This document shows, one piece after another, positions 37,500 through 48,450 of a stretch of DNA of 64,000 nt (its first letter is position 1; the number at the start of each line of letters is the position of its first letter). A program made the position numbers and the translations under genes. This DNA comes from Basidiobolus meristosporus CBS 931.73. Its lineage: Eukaryota > Fungi > Basidiobolomycota. The notes under the pieces are model-generated. The model saw only the letters and a list, made by a program, of their open reading frames with translations, was not told the DNA's origin and did not search any database. The DNA lies in NCBI GenBank assembly GCA_002104905.1, contig MCFE01000203.1, positions 1 through 64,000 of the forward strand, read 5' to 3'.

Positions 37500-38560
37500 G
37501 TAAGATTCAGAGATGACCTGTCATAGTGCAAATTACAAATAAAGTAATGGCACCACATATGCATATATATATGTAACAATATTTCTCCTTTAACATAAAT
37601 ATGCCATCAGAATTAAACCAAAGTTTTCTGGTTTGCAACCAACCCTCACTGTAGACAGCACCAGCAGAAGTGTTGGAAAAAAGCTTACTTTGACATTGAA
37701 TGCAACACATGGAGCTACATTCACAATTGATCATGTTGACAGTGCACCCACTGAAGATAATAAAGCTGACTCCTCAGGCCCCCAGTTGGGTAGGCTAATG
37801 AATATCTCTGCAGATCTGTAAGCTGCTTGTGCCACTCAGGCAGATGGGAATATTACCAATGCAATGTCTCTGGTGGAAGACCAGCAAATGACTGTCAAAA
37901 CATCATGACTACTGGTACTAGCATGTATACAACTAGCTCATATTAAAGCATTGATGAAGCACTTAGGTGCAGCTGCTAAGAGGATAGAGACAATGGCCCA
38001 GAGAAATCAGGAAATAGGCCAGAGACAGAATGTGCAGATACTTAGTGCAATCAGTTTCAAGATAGAGAACTTGTTATTTCTGCTGCAAAGTAATGATCCA
38101 GTAGCTCAATGGTATAGAAATGAATTGATCCAACTTGTAATACAACAGCAGAGAAACCCCACACCATCTTTGTAGCATTACAACAGTCCCAATAATAAAG
38201 CCTAAAGAAAAACCAGTCACAGCAAGAGTGTGAGAGACTGAGGATTCAAACAAGCTTATAGAAATTGGGCCAGCATTTGTAGGCTAAGAAAATACATCAG
38301 CAATAGCAGAAACTACCAAAGGCAGAAGAGAAATGGTGCCACAGCTAAAAACAAGTGGCATCCTCAAAAGCCTGCCCCAAGCAGGGCTGAGAGCTCAAAA
38401 CAAGTGGTAAAGAAGCATCCAGTAGCAAGAAGAGTGCCAGTGAGGGACAAGCAGGCAAGCACAGATGTACTATTGCTGCATTTATCAAGGAGGAATTGTA
38501 GGACTATACACAAACCATTTGGAGAAATAATTTGGTCCCACAGTTGGATTCTATACAGAT
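37500..38560 (+). pseudogene. Degenerate second ORF of the CACTA-like element, divergent from the transposase, copy 1
   Basis: Homologous by eye to 41150-41900 and 46490-46760. It lies in the same position relative to each transposase copy. Confidence 0.55.
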
Positions 38561-39279
38561 GAGCCATCATGATCCCTCAATGAGTCTGTCAAAATGCCAA
38601 CAACTTGGAACTATTGACCCTTTGCACAATCTTGTGACAGGATTGTAATGGCATTTTGCTGATTTTACTGCTAAATAAGTACAAAATTTGTCAACAATTT
38701 AGTGGTCTTTTGACAAGAGCTGCATGGCATCCAAACAGTCTTAATGTGCTCTACATCTATTTGGGTGGACCTGGCTGGCCAATACATCCAATTGTCTTAT
38801 ATGGTAAGCAACTTGACAGTGCTCTGCCGGCCTCATTGCTCACCCCTGCTGGCATTATATAGGCAGTATGGTGGCCTACAGCTAGTTTGGCTTAATGTTA
38901 TTGTACCAATTGACCAAGTAGTATTTTCTTTTTCTAACACCCCTTGCACCACTCATATATTCCACTGTAGAATTGCCCCTCTTTATTTGTTTACCCACTA
39001 CTACTATGGGTATTCCACAAATAGTTCTAATAAAAAACTATGACCTCCTGCATACTTACCTCTACATATGCACACACCCACTGACATATGTGCTCATTCC
39101 CATATTTTATACTTCCCTATTTTTCTGCTACCCTTATTTTAGTTTTATCCTATTTGTCTTACTTGATCAGTAATATCCCATAAGCTGGCTAACTATCATA
39201 TCTGCTTACCTGATTGAATAAGTTATCCCTCACTTTATGTAAGATTACTTGATGTAAGTGCTTCTATATTAGGCAGGTA

Positions 39280-39620
39280 CCAGCACCAGTACCCATGATA
39301 CACAACAAGACTGTGTCACCATTCCTGCCATTTTCAAACCATATATGGTATCCCTAGGTTACAGAGGTTTCATATTACTGATTCCTGATTGATTGGGTGT
39401 GCGGTGCATCTTAGAACTTTCTGGCATCTACTTAGAGCATTTATAGCTCATTGTGATGTCATTAAAATATCTATTTGACCTCCAGACCCTTCTGGAATGC
39501 CATGATTCATAATCACTTTGCCAGTGAGAAAGTTATACAAGGGAAGCAATCCCTCAACAATAAATCATCATCCCTTTTATCAGTATACCACCTTATAGAT
39601 TAGTGTGATCACTGCTATCT
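39280..39620 (+). mobile_element. Old diverged (solo) LTR fragment of the same family as the 804-bp LTRs
   Basis: Roughly 70-75% similar to the reverse complement of 42240-42570. Shared blocks include accatatatggtat, actgattcctgatt and gcaatccctca.caataaatcatc. Confidence 0.65.
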
Positions 39621-39849
39621 GCTGCTACCTCAAATTCCAATCCTAGAACACAGGACACTGCCAGGAAACTATAATGACAGCCAACTAAACTTGGAGGCAC
39701 TACTTGTGAGAAATACTCTGAATAGGTATCTTTTATAATATTTGATTCTTTCCCAAGTTTATTCTTGCTCAGACAAAGATACTCTCTGTCTTTGTAACTA
39801 TTGACCACAGCTGGATTCTTATCAAGTTCCTGCTGGTGGAGTTTACAGT

Positions 39850-41000
39850 TGTTTTGGCTTTGGATGCTCTAGAACATTGTCATCTCAAAGGATGCTGCAC
39901 CCAGCAAATACTTTTGTTAAGACACCACTAAGTTGGGGATGGTAGCTGAATAGTTTTCCCTTGACAAGCTTGTGGATTTATTCCCCTTTGCATTAGAATA
40001 ATGACAAAACCCAGGTATTCCTAGAAAGCTTTGCCAGAGGTTATTGCAACCTGTGAGCACCCCACACATAAGACACTTGTGAAGTGTTGGATGTATCACT
40101 CCCTTGGACTTATACACCACCACACTGCTGCAATTGATGCACTTCAATCACTGCAACTTTACAGCTTTTTAGTGCAAAACTTGCATAGCTGCCATATACC
40201 TTGTGTTGCAGTTAACTTATGGATCTTGCAAGCATATCCCTGGTTGCCACCACCTTTGCAATGAATATCACCAGACAATCTGCAAAGAACTTCCTATTAT
40301 TAAACCAATATATTCCTTCACCCTGCTGGAATGTAGTCCCCATTATAGGCATGCTCTACCTCTTGTTTGTATAAAATCTATATTGAATGGTGTAGAAGCT
40401 GGTTTATGACCAAGAGAAGCCTGGCATACTTTGGTAAAGATATCCTAATAAAAATTAGTTGCTTGTTGCACCCAACCCAACTTTGCATTATGTAAATGAT
40501 CACCCAGGCATTGGGGCTGCTTAGCTTCTTAATGCCAAAGGCATAGATGTCTCCATGTGCATATCAGTCCTAAGTATTCTCCAACTCTTCCTGTCTGTCC
40601 TCCATGTGCCAACTCATCACGTCCAAGATGGACTTGAAGGTAAAATTCTTGATGAGATTTGGATATGGTAGTACCTGCAACTTGACTTGTCTTCCTATCT
40701 CCCCACATATCTGCCCCATAGGAAACTCCCATAAGGTGAAGCAAGGTCCAATATTCTCCACACACCAAGCAATATGGAGTAGGGAATGGATACAGTAGTG
40801 GCAGAGATGCAGGCATTCAGCTTTATGTTTGTAGTATAGCCACTCAAATCCCGTCACAAACTCCTTGGGCAATAGCTGTAAATGTGACAAGTTGGCTGTG
40901 GCAATCTGCTTCTAGATATATTTTATGATCCTTATAATATCTCTTATGCTATCTGCATGCTTCATGGCTGAGTGGCTTGTTACAATAGCCACATGATCAT
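39850..41000 (-). mobile_element. Degenerate CACTA-type transposase, copy 2 (internally deleted)
   Basis: CIHSLLHIAWCVENIGPCFTLWEFPMGQICGEIGRQVKLQVLPYPNL. DNA is homologous to 34860-35540. Confidence 0.72.
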
Positions 41001-42860
41001 TTTTCTCTTCTGTAATGGCATTGAATCAAAGCAGTATTCTCCATGGGGTACACAGTTTGACACTCACAACAGAACACTATTATATCACTCTTTGTCAGCA
41101 CTCATGTGAGCTTTAGACAGTCTTATACCTGAGACATTGCACCTACATGAATATAAGATTCAAAAATGTCACACCCTAGTAAGCATTTTAAGTAAAGTTG
41201 TGGCACCACATACACACATATATATAACACTATTTCCCCTTTGGCTTGACTTACTTCCATATATATACACCAAAAATAATGCAAAGTTGTCTGATTCCCA
41301 ACCAAACCCACTGTTACCAGTGGCAGAAGAACAGTTGGACAACAGCTTGTTTTGACACTCAGTGCAACAAGCAGGGATACATTCAAAAAAGACCATGTTG
41401 ACAGTGTGCCCCCCTGAGGGTATTAATGAGAACTCCTCAGTCTCCCAGTCAAGTAGGCCAATTAGATTCTCTGGAGAGCTGCAAGCTGACCAGGATGCTC
41501 AGGCAGATGAGAATGTAGCAAATGCAGTACTCTTGGTGGAAGACCAGCAAGTGACCATCATAACATCACTGCAACCTGTATTAGCAAGTATGCTGTCAGC
41601 TTATACCAAAGCATTAGCAAAGCAACTAGGTGCAGTGGCTCACAGGATGGATGCAATGGCCAAGAGGAGTCAGGAAATAGTCCAGAAACAGGATGAGCAG
41701 ATAATACATGTGGAGTAATCAACATCCAAGGTAGAGATTCCAGTATCTGTGCTGCAAAGAAGGAATTAAGTAGTACAATGTCACATCTAAGTATTCGGCC
41801 ATTTCCTAAAGTAACAGCAGAGGAACACATTACAGCCTTTGAAGCACAACAGCAGTTCTCAAAGATAAAGCTCTCAGAAGAACCTATGACAGTATGGGAG
41901 GGAAACACTATGGTGCTTGTGCCCAAGCCTAGAAATTAAACAACATAAAGATCTGTGAAGCCATTAGACTTGTTCTGTTGTGGTGGTGTAGAGGTACTCC
42001 TGGGAGAAGCTACACAACTCAAGGTTTGTGAGGTGTCTGATGGGTGCAATAACCTCTGTGTCTAAACTGCTGGTGTCTTTGTCAATATGTCACTATGGTA
42101 AAAGCTCCTGCTTCTCTAGCTTCCTAGGTGCTCCAAGTGTCTCCAAAGGCCTCTGTGTGTCTTGTGCACTACCTTGAAAAGCTCCTTGATGGCAGGTCTG
42201 AGATGTACTGTGGAAGGCAGGTGCAGTGATCAACTGCTAATCAATAAGGTAGAAGTGTTACTGATAGAAGGGATGATTTATTGATGAGGGATTGCTTTCC
42301 CTTAAATACTTTTCCTGATTGCCAAGTGATTACTAATGACAAGGTTCTAGAAGATTCTAGGTATCAGTGGAATTCTTGATGACATCACTATGAGCTAAAA
42401 ATATGCCAAGAATGTCCTGGAAGGTTCTAAAAGGCACAGCACTCTCAACCAATCAGGAATCAGTAGTCTGAAACCTGTGCAACATAGAAATACCATATAT
42501 GGTATTGAAATGGTAGAGATGGTAACACAGACCTAGGTCATGTGTCACGGGTACTGACGCGGGTACTTGCCTTATATAGATACATCTACTGATCACAAAG
42601 CTGAATAACATCTGGGATAACTAATGCTAATAACTAATCAGGGTAAACATCATATGGGGAAAATACTGATAATATGGGCAAAAGAAGAATGGGATAATAC
42701 TGATAAGATAAAATATGGATAAGTATATCATAATGACTATATGAATAAACTTGTCTGTGGGAGGTATGTTTACCCTACCACATCCACCCCCCACTTGAGC
42801 TAAAAAGTTTCAGGGAACTTTTTAGCTAACCACTGTAAGTTTGGAGAACAAAGTGCTTTC

Positions 42861-44717
42861 TCAGTCTTCCTCAATGAAGCCACCTGTCCTTTCTTGAGAT
42901 AGAAATCTACATGATGTCATTGATCGGATATTGTTTGAGTCCACACCACAGAAGGTTGCTATTAGTCCCGGGCTCTCTGAATATATAGTATACCATGCTG
43001 AACCATCTGGGTAGTTCACTGCAGTTGCTCTTGCTTTTACCTCCCATGGTCTTCCAAGAAGTAATTCAAAGTTAGCCTTTGCACAAATGAATACTGGGAT
43101 CTCATGGGGTATTCCTTCAATGATGAGAGGGAAGCTGTGAATAATTCCTAAAAGCTTTGATTGCCCTGAGTTGGCATCCTTCATGCTCCAATTGATATTG
43201 GTGTCTATGGGCAATAGGTCTTTGCATGGTAGTTGTTTCCAAGCCTCCAAAGGCATCACACATATCTCAGATCCACTGTCTATATGACATAGGATTTCTT
43301 GATTATGCACAGTTCCTGTAGTTGTTGCAGTTGCCACTGAGTAGTAGTGTTTCTGGCTTTGATGCAGCTTACTGATATCTTGGCTTCCTTGAACTGTCCT
43401 GACCTGGTTGCCTTGAGTTGCTTCAATTGGATGCTTTCTTATTCTGATATGCTCATCCAGGGTCTTTCTTACAGATGGTGATACACTGAGTAGCTCTCCA
43501 ACCTTGATTGATATGTTGCTTCCTAGTATATGACTTGTCAGAGCCTCTGGGGTACCATTTTGCTTGACTCTAGGCTGCATGTGGTAGTTGTTGGCCTTGG
43601 CAGACTCTTGTAAAATTAATGGGGGTGATGCTTTCTTCTCAATCACAACTTCTGGCTCACATCTTGGTACTTTTGTTGCTGGGCCTGGATTAGCCATTTT
43701 TTCAGGATGGTGTCTCTTTGAAGCATAAATTGAAGCTATATGATCTTGGGCCTCTCTGGGGTCCTCATAGTCAAAGTTCAGAACTTCAGCTGGATCAAAG
43801 TAGTCAGGATCTTCTTCTTCATGGAGGTGAACCTTTCTTGTATGAGAGGTGACTTGCTTGTAGTGAACTCTCATTCCTCCTTGTCCAAATGCTGTGGATA
43901 ATTTGTCACCATGCTTACTGACTATGTATCCCTGAGGATTATATAGGACATCACCTGTGGATAGTAATGACTGAAGCTCTTGGCAATTTCTTTTGGAATG
44001 GTTGGCAGAGTCACACCACATGCATGTATATTTGACTTCTTTCTCTACTGGCTTCTGACCATATGCTTTGCTGGCAAGTAGCAAAGAGAGTTTCTCTAGT
44101 TGCTGTGTCAGCTCCTGAATTTGAGTGCTTTGATTGCTGGGATTAAGTATGTCTTGGCTATCTTGGTTTTGTTCTGGGCTTGAAAGAAGCTTTCTGATTG
44201 GTGAGGTTTCTTCAGGGACAAGTAGAATCTGCTTAGCTAACTGAAATGCAGGCAGTGAACTCATAGCTTTCACAGTAGGATTGTTTTCAATCCTTCTCAC
44301 CAGGCCTTCTGGTAGTGCTCTGAGCAGATAGGCAGATAAAGTCAGATCAGTGATAATGCCTTGGGCTTTCAGTGACTCTCCAATTTGCTCAAGGCCACTC
44401 AAGTATTCTTTCAATGGTAGCAGCTTAAACTTGCTATAAGCAAAGTTCTCCAAGTCTTTAAGTGTGTAGTCAACTTGTCTCTCTCCATATTCATCAATCA
44501 AGTAGCTCTTCAAGAGGGTCCAATTTGTCAGCAGATCATTTCTTTCATATAAAGAGAGCATGATCTCATCAGTGCTGTAGGGGGGCATCTCTTCAGCCAT
44601 AATGGCCTCAGGTATTTTGTGGGCTCTGCAGAAAAGCTCCCACCTCTTGATGAAAGCTTTAACTTTGGTTCCATCAAAGAAAGGAGTTCCTTGCATTCCT
44701 GGTAAAGGTAGATCCAT
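42861..44717 (-). CDS. Intact Gag-zinc knuckle-aspartic protease polyprotein, 618 aa
   Basis: PFFDG Gag start, CMWCDSANHSKRNC (CX2CX4HX4C), HIDSGSEI active site and LLLGRPW. No RT, RNase H or integrase motifs. Confidence 0.88.
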   Translation of the reverse strand: MDLPLPGMQGTPFFDGTKVKAFIKRWELFCRAHKIPEAIMAEEMPPYSTDEIMLSLYERNDLLTNWTLLKSYLIDEYGERQVDYTLKDLENFAYSKFKLLPLKEYLSGLEQIGESLKAQGIITDLTLSAYLLRALPEGLVRRIENNPTVKAMSSLPAFQLAKQILLVPEETSPIRKLLSSPEQNQDSQDILNPSNQSTQIQELTQQLEKLSLLLASKAYGQKPVEKEVKYTCMWCDSANHSKRNCQELQSLLSTGDVLYNPQGYIVSKHGDKLSTAFGQGGMRVHYKQVTSHTRKVHLHEEEDPDYFDPAEVLNFDYEDPREAQDHIASIYASKRHHPEKMANPGPATKVPRCEPEVVIEKKASPPLILQESAKANNYHMQPRVKQNGTPEALTSHILGSNISIKVGELLSVSPSVRKTLDEHIRIRKHPIEATQGNQVRTVQGSQDISKLHQSQKHYYSVATATTTGTVHNQEILCHIDSGSEICVMPLEAWKQLPCKDLLPIDTNINWSMKDANSGQSKLLGIIHSFPLIIEGIPHEIPVFICAKANFELLLGRPWEVKARATAVNYPDGSAWYTIYSESPGLIATFCGVDSNNIRSMTSCRFLSQERTGGFIEED

Positions 44718-44770
44718 GGTCTTGATAATTTGTTCTTTCTTAAGTCTTCTAGGGGCAGTTCAGTCAAACC

Positions 44771-44787
44771 CCCCACGTTGGGTGCCA
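44771..44787 (-). promoter_or_regulatory. Primer-binding site, tRNA-Lys(CUU) type
   Basis: Minus strand TGGCACCCAACGTGGGG, 4 nt from the LTR. It differs by one G>A from the known Lys1,2 PBS TGGCGCCCAACGTGGGG. Confidence 0.75.
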
Positions 44788-47700
44788 AATATGTGGTGGT
44801 GTAGAGGTACTCCTGGGAGAAGCTACACAACTCAAGGTTTGTGAGGTGTCTGATGGGTGCAATAACCTCTGTGTCTAAACTGCTGGTGTCTTTGTCAATA
44901 TGTCACTATGGTAAAAGCTCCTGCTTCTCTAGCTTCCTAGGTGCTCCAAGTGTCTCCAAAGGCCTCTGTGTGTCTTGTGCACTACCTTGAAAAGCTCCTT
45001 GATGGCAGGTCTGAGATGTACTGTGGAAGGCAGGTGCAGTGATCAACTGCTAATCAATAAGGTAGAAGTGTTACTGATAGAAGGGATGATTTATTGATGA
45101 GGGATTGCTTTCCCTTAAATACTTTTCCTGATTGCCAAGTGATTACTAATGACAAGGTTCTAGAAGATTCTAGGTATCAGTGGAATTCTTGATGACATCA
45201 CTATGAGCTAAAAATATGCCAAGAATGTCCTGGAAGGTTCTAAAAGGCACAGCACTCTCAACCAATCAGGAATCAGTAGTCTGAAACCTGTGCAACATAG
45301 AAATACCATATATGGTATTGAAATGGTAGAGATGGTAACACAGACCTAGGTCATGTGTCACGGGTACTGACGCGGGTACTTGCCTTATATAGATACATCT
45401 ACTGATCACAAAGCTGAATAACATCTGGGATAACTAATGCTAATAACTAATCAGGGTAAACATCATATGGGGAAAATACTGATAATATGGGCAAAAGAAG
45501 AATGGGATAATACTGATAAGATAAAATATGGATAAGTATATCATAATGACTATATGAATAAACTTGTCTGTGGGAGGTATGTTTACCCTACCACACCGTA
45601 GGATAGTGCCACATTGAGCCATGAGTGCCAAATGATGCCATAGTGTGCCAGAGAGGTCAAGTGAGCCTATACTTGGCCACAGAGTGTGAAACATAGCTCC
45701 GCATCTTCATGCAAAGCAGCCCCTGTGTTTCACCCATTGTGTTAGAGAAAATCCATTTTTTGACCTTTTTTTTTGGATCAATATTGTGCAGGATGTATTG
45801 GAGCTCAAGCAGATTGAAGATATGCATCTGGTACTCAATACCCATGGCACTCTGAATCTAGCTCCTGTAGCTTGTATCATGTCACAAAAATGAATGGCAC
45901 TATCTTGGTCCACCGGTACTATCTGGCACTATATTTAAATATTAGCCCTAAAGTAAAATCTATACAAAGCACTTATAGTGCCAGATAGTACTAGTGGACC
46001 AAGATAGTGCCATTCATTTTTGTGACATGATACAAGCTACAGGAACTAGATTCAGAGTGCCATGGGTATTGAGTACCAGATGCATATCTTCAGTTCTCCT
46101 GTGCTCTTACACATCCTGAGCTACATTGATCCACAAAAAAAGGTCAAAAAATGGATTTTCTCCTGTGCAATGGGTGAAACACAGGGGCTGCTTTACATGA
46201 AGATGCAGAGCTATGTTTCACACTCTGTGGCCAAGTATAGGCTCACTTGACCTCTCTGGCACACTATGGCATCATATGGCACTCATGGCTCAATGTGGCA
46301 CTATCCAACGGAACAAGTCTATTGAGTGCAATAATGAAGAGTAGGCTAATATAAAAGAGGCTAATAGAAGTCTAGCATGGCATCACCTTAAAGCCAGCAT
46401 ACTATGGGACCATCAGGAACTCAAGGCCAAGCAGAATGTGCTTGACCTGTTTGATGAGCATTATCCTAGATTCAAGCAAGCAAATGTATCTTGGGACAGC
46501 ATTGGAGTGCTCAGAAGATATCTCAAGAATAGCAGAAACTATCAAAGGCAGAAGAATAAGGGTGCCATAGCTAAAAACCAGTGGCTTCCTAAGGAACCTA
46601 TCACTTAGGGTTGAAAGCTCCAAACAAGTGGAAAAGAAACATCAGGTAGCCAGAAGAGTGCCAGTAAGAGACAGGCAGGCAGAAACAGATACATTGGTGC
46701 AGCATTCATCAAGGAGAAAATGTAATTCAATACAAGATGCATTTGGCACAGTAGTAGTAAACGACTTGACCATGATGAAACCCACAGCTTTCTCAGAAGC
46801 CTGTCACAAGCAGGGCTGATAGTTTAAGCAAGCAGCTAGGAATCATCATTTTGCCGGCAGAGTGCCAGCAAGGGATGAGCAGGCAAAAATGAATGCACCA
46901 GTGTAGTATTCTTCAAGGAGAAAACAGAGTTTTACTTATCAAGTGCTCAGTCAAAGTAGTAGTGAAAGTCTTTGTAGTGATAAAGGTAAAGGTAAAGAGA
47001 AAAAGGTCTATGCAAGCCAGAGAGAGTGAAGCATCAGAAAAGAGCAGCAGCTCTCACCAATTAATGCTGACAGCCTAGAACAGGCTCCATTCCATCATAG
47101 CCAAGAGTAATTACAAACTAGAAACTAGCTGCTTTATCAAGAGTTGGAAGTGTAGCCAGCTGAGCAACACTCTGGCAAGGTAGATGGGCTTGCAGAGAAA
47201 AGCAACTTGTGTACCACTGCCTCCAGTCCCACCATTGTAGAAAAAGTGGAGACCCCGCTGACAGACAAAGTGAGTAAATTGGCAGAGGACCAATCAACTG
47301 CCTCTTATGGCTCATTGTGATGAAAAGTGCCAACTAAGTTTTTGTGAAATCTGGGGTGCAATTGGTAGTAGTAAATGTAAAGGTGAAGGAGAAAAGTCCG
47401 CCCAAGCCAGAGACAGAGAAGCAAGATACAGAAGCTGTAATTCTCTCTAATGAAAGTTATTAAACTAGATATACGTAAATATCACAATAGTCAATAAGAT
47501 CTACTAATAAGTGAGAGGCTGTTTCTCAAGAGTTGGAAGCACAGCCAGCTGAGCCACTTAGGATATAACTTTGATGAACCTGTCAAATGGCCATCCCAAA
47601 GATCAAAGCCCATGACCAAGAGGAATTGATGTGGTGAGGACACTTTGCAAACACAGTCCAAAAAAATTGCACCCCATAATCAACAATAAACATGGCAAAA

Positions 47701-48450
47701 ATTTTTCAGCACAACTATAAATAAGTGGCTTTCAGTTAGTCCACTACTATATCTTTCACTTTCCAATTCCAAACACCCAGTCAGCTCCTGTGTTTGTGTA
47801 AATTGACTGACAATTGCCTCTTTTCACACTCCTTACTTCCTAACACAAATAATGCTCTCACTTCATGCATACAAATCAGCATATTTCCTTTCAATCATCA
47901 GTTGTAACTTTATTTTAAGCTATACTGGCCTAAACAAGTCCCTATCCTCAAGACCAACATTAAGCCAAAGCTCTCACTAATCAAGTAACCTCATTAAAAT
48001 ACACCATTCATTAAGTATTTCTGCCAAAATGCGCCTTTTTGGACTTCACCCTTTTCCATGACTTAGGCAGAACCCTGTGGCTCTCTGCAACTATTCATTC
48101 ACTGGTTCCCATACATCCTGGTCTTTGGCCAGCACTGCAAGGTCTAGCACCTCATCTGCCAGTGTTTGCAATAAATCCTTGCAATATTCAGTTGCATTTT
48201 CCTGAGCACTGCTCATGAAGAAGTGCTGCAACCTGTTGGTGTTCCTATTAATGTTCCTAAATTCCACTATAGCAACTGTGATAGTTTTTTCAGTTCTCAA
48301 TGTTGATACTTTGTCTAGCAGTGGAATCTCCACTCTCTCTACAATGGAGGATCTGGAGGCAGTGGTAAACAAATAGCTTCTCACTGCAAACTGATCTACC
48401 TTACCAGAGTGTAATTCAACTGGCTGCAACTCCAACTTTTGAGGAAACAG

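Larger units (their letters stand above)
41979..45595 (-). mobile_element. Complete non-autonomous Ty3/Gypsy-like LTR element (3617 bp) encoding Gag-protease only
   Basis: Two 804-bp TG..CA LTRs (41979-42782, 44792-45595), PBS at 44771-44787, PPT at 42783-42796, TSD ctgt/ccgt, and a single ORF. Confidence 0.92.
41967..46319. mobile_element. ~732-bp foldback/MITE with TA target duplication (Tc1/mariner-like), interrupted by an LTR element
   Basis: ta|GACTTGTTC...GGAACAAGTC|ta. Arms are 41967-41978 + 45600-45933 and 45974-46319 (346 bp each), with a 40-bp spacer. Confidence 0.85.
41150..47250 (+). pseudogene. CACTA-associated ORF2, copy 2, split by a foldback + LTR insertion (pieces ~41150-41966 and 46320-47250)
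   Basis: Removing 41967-46321 (element plus one TA) joins KLNNIKICEAI|IECNNEE*ANIKEA...FKQANVSWDSIGVLRRYLKNSRNYQRQK in one frame. Confidence 0.65.
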
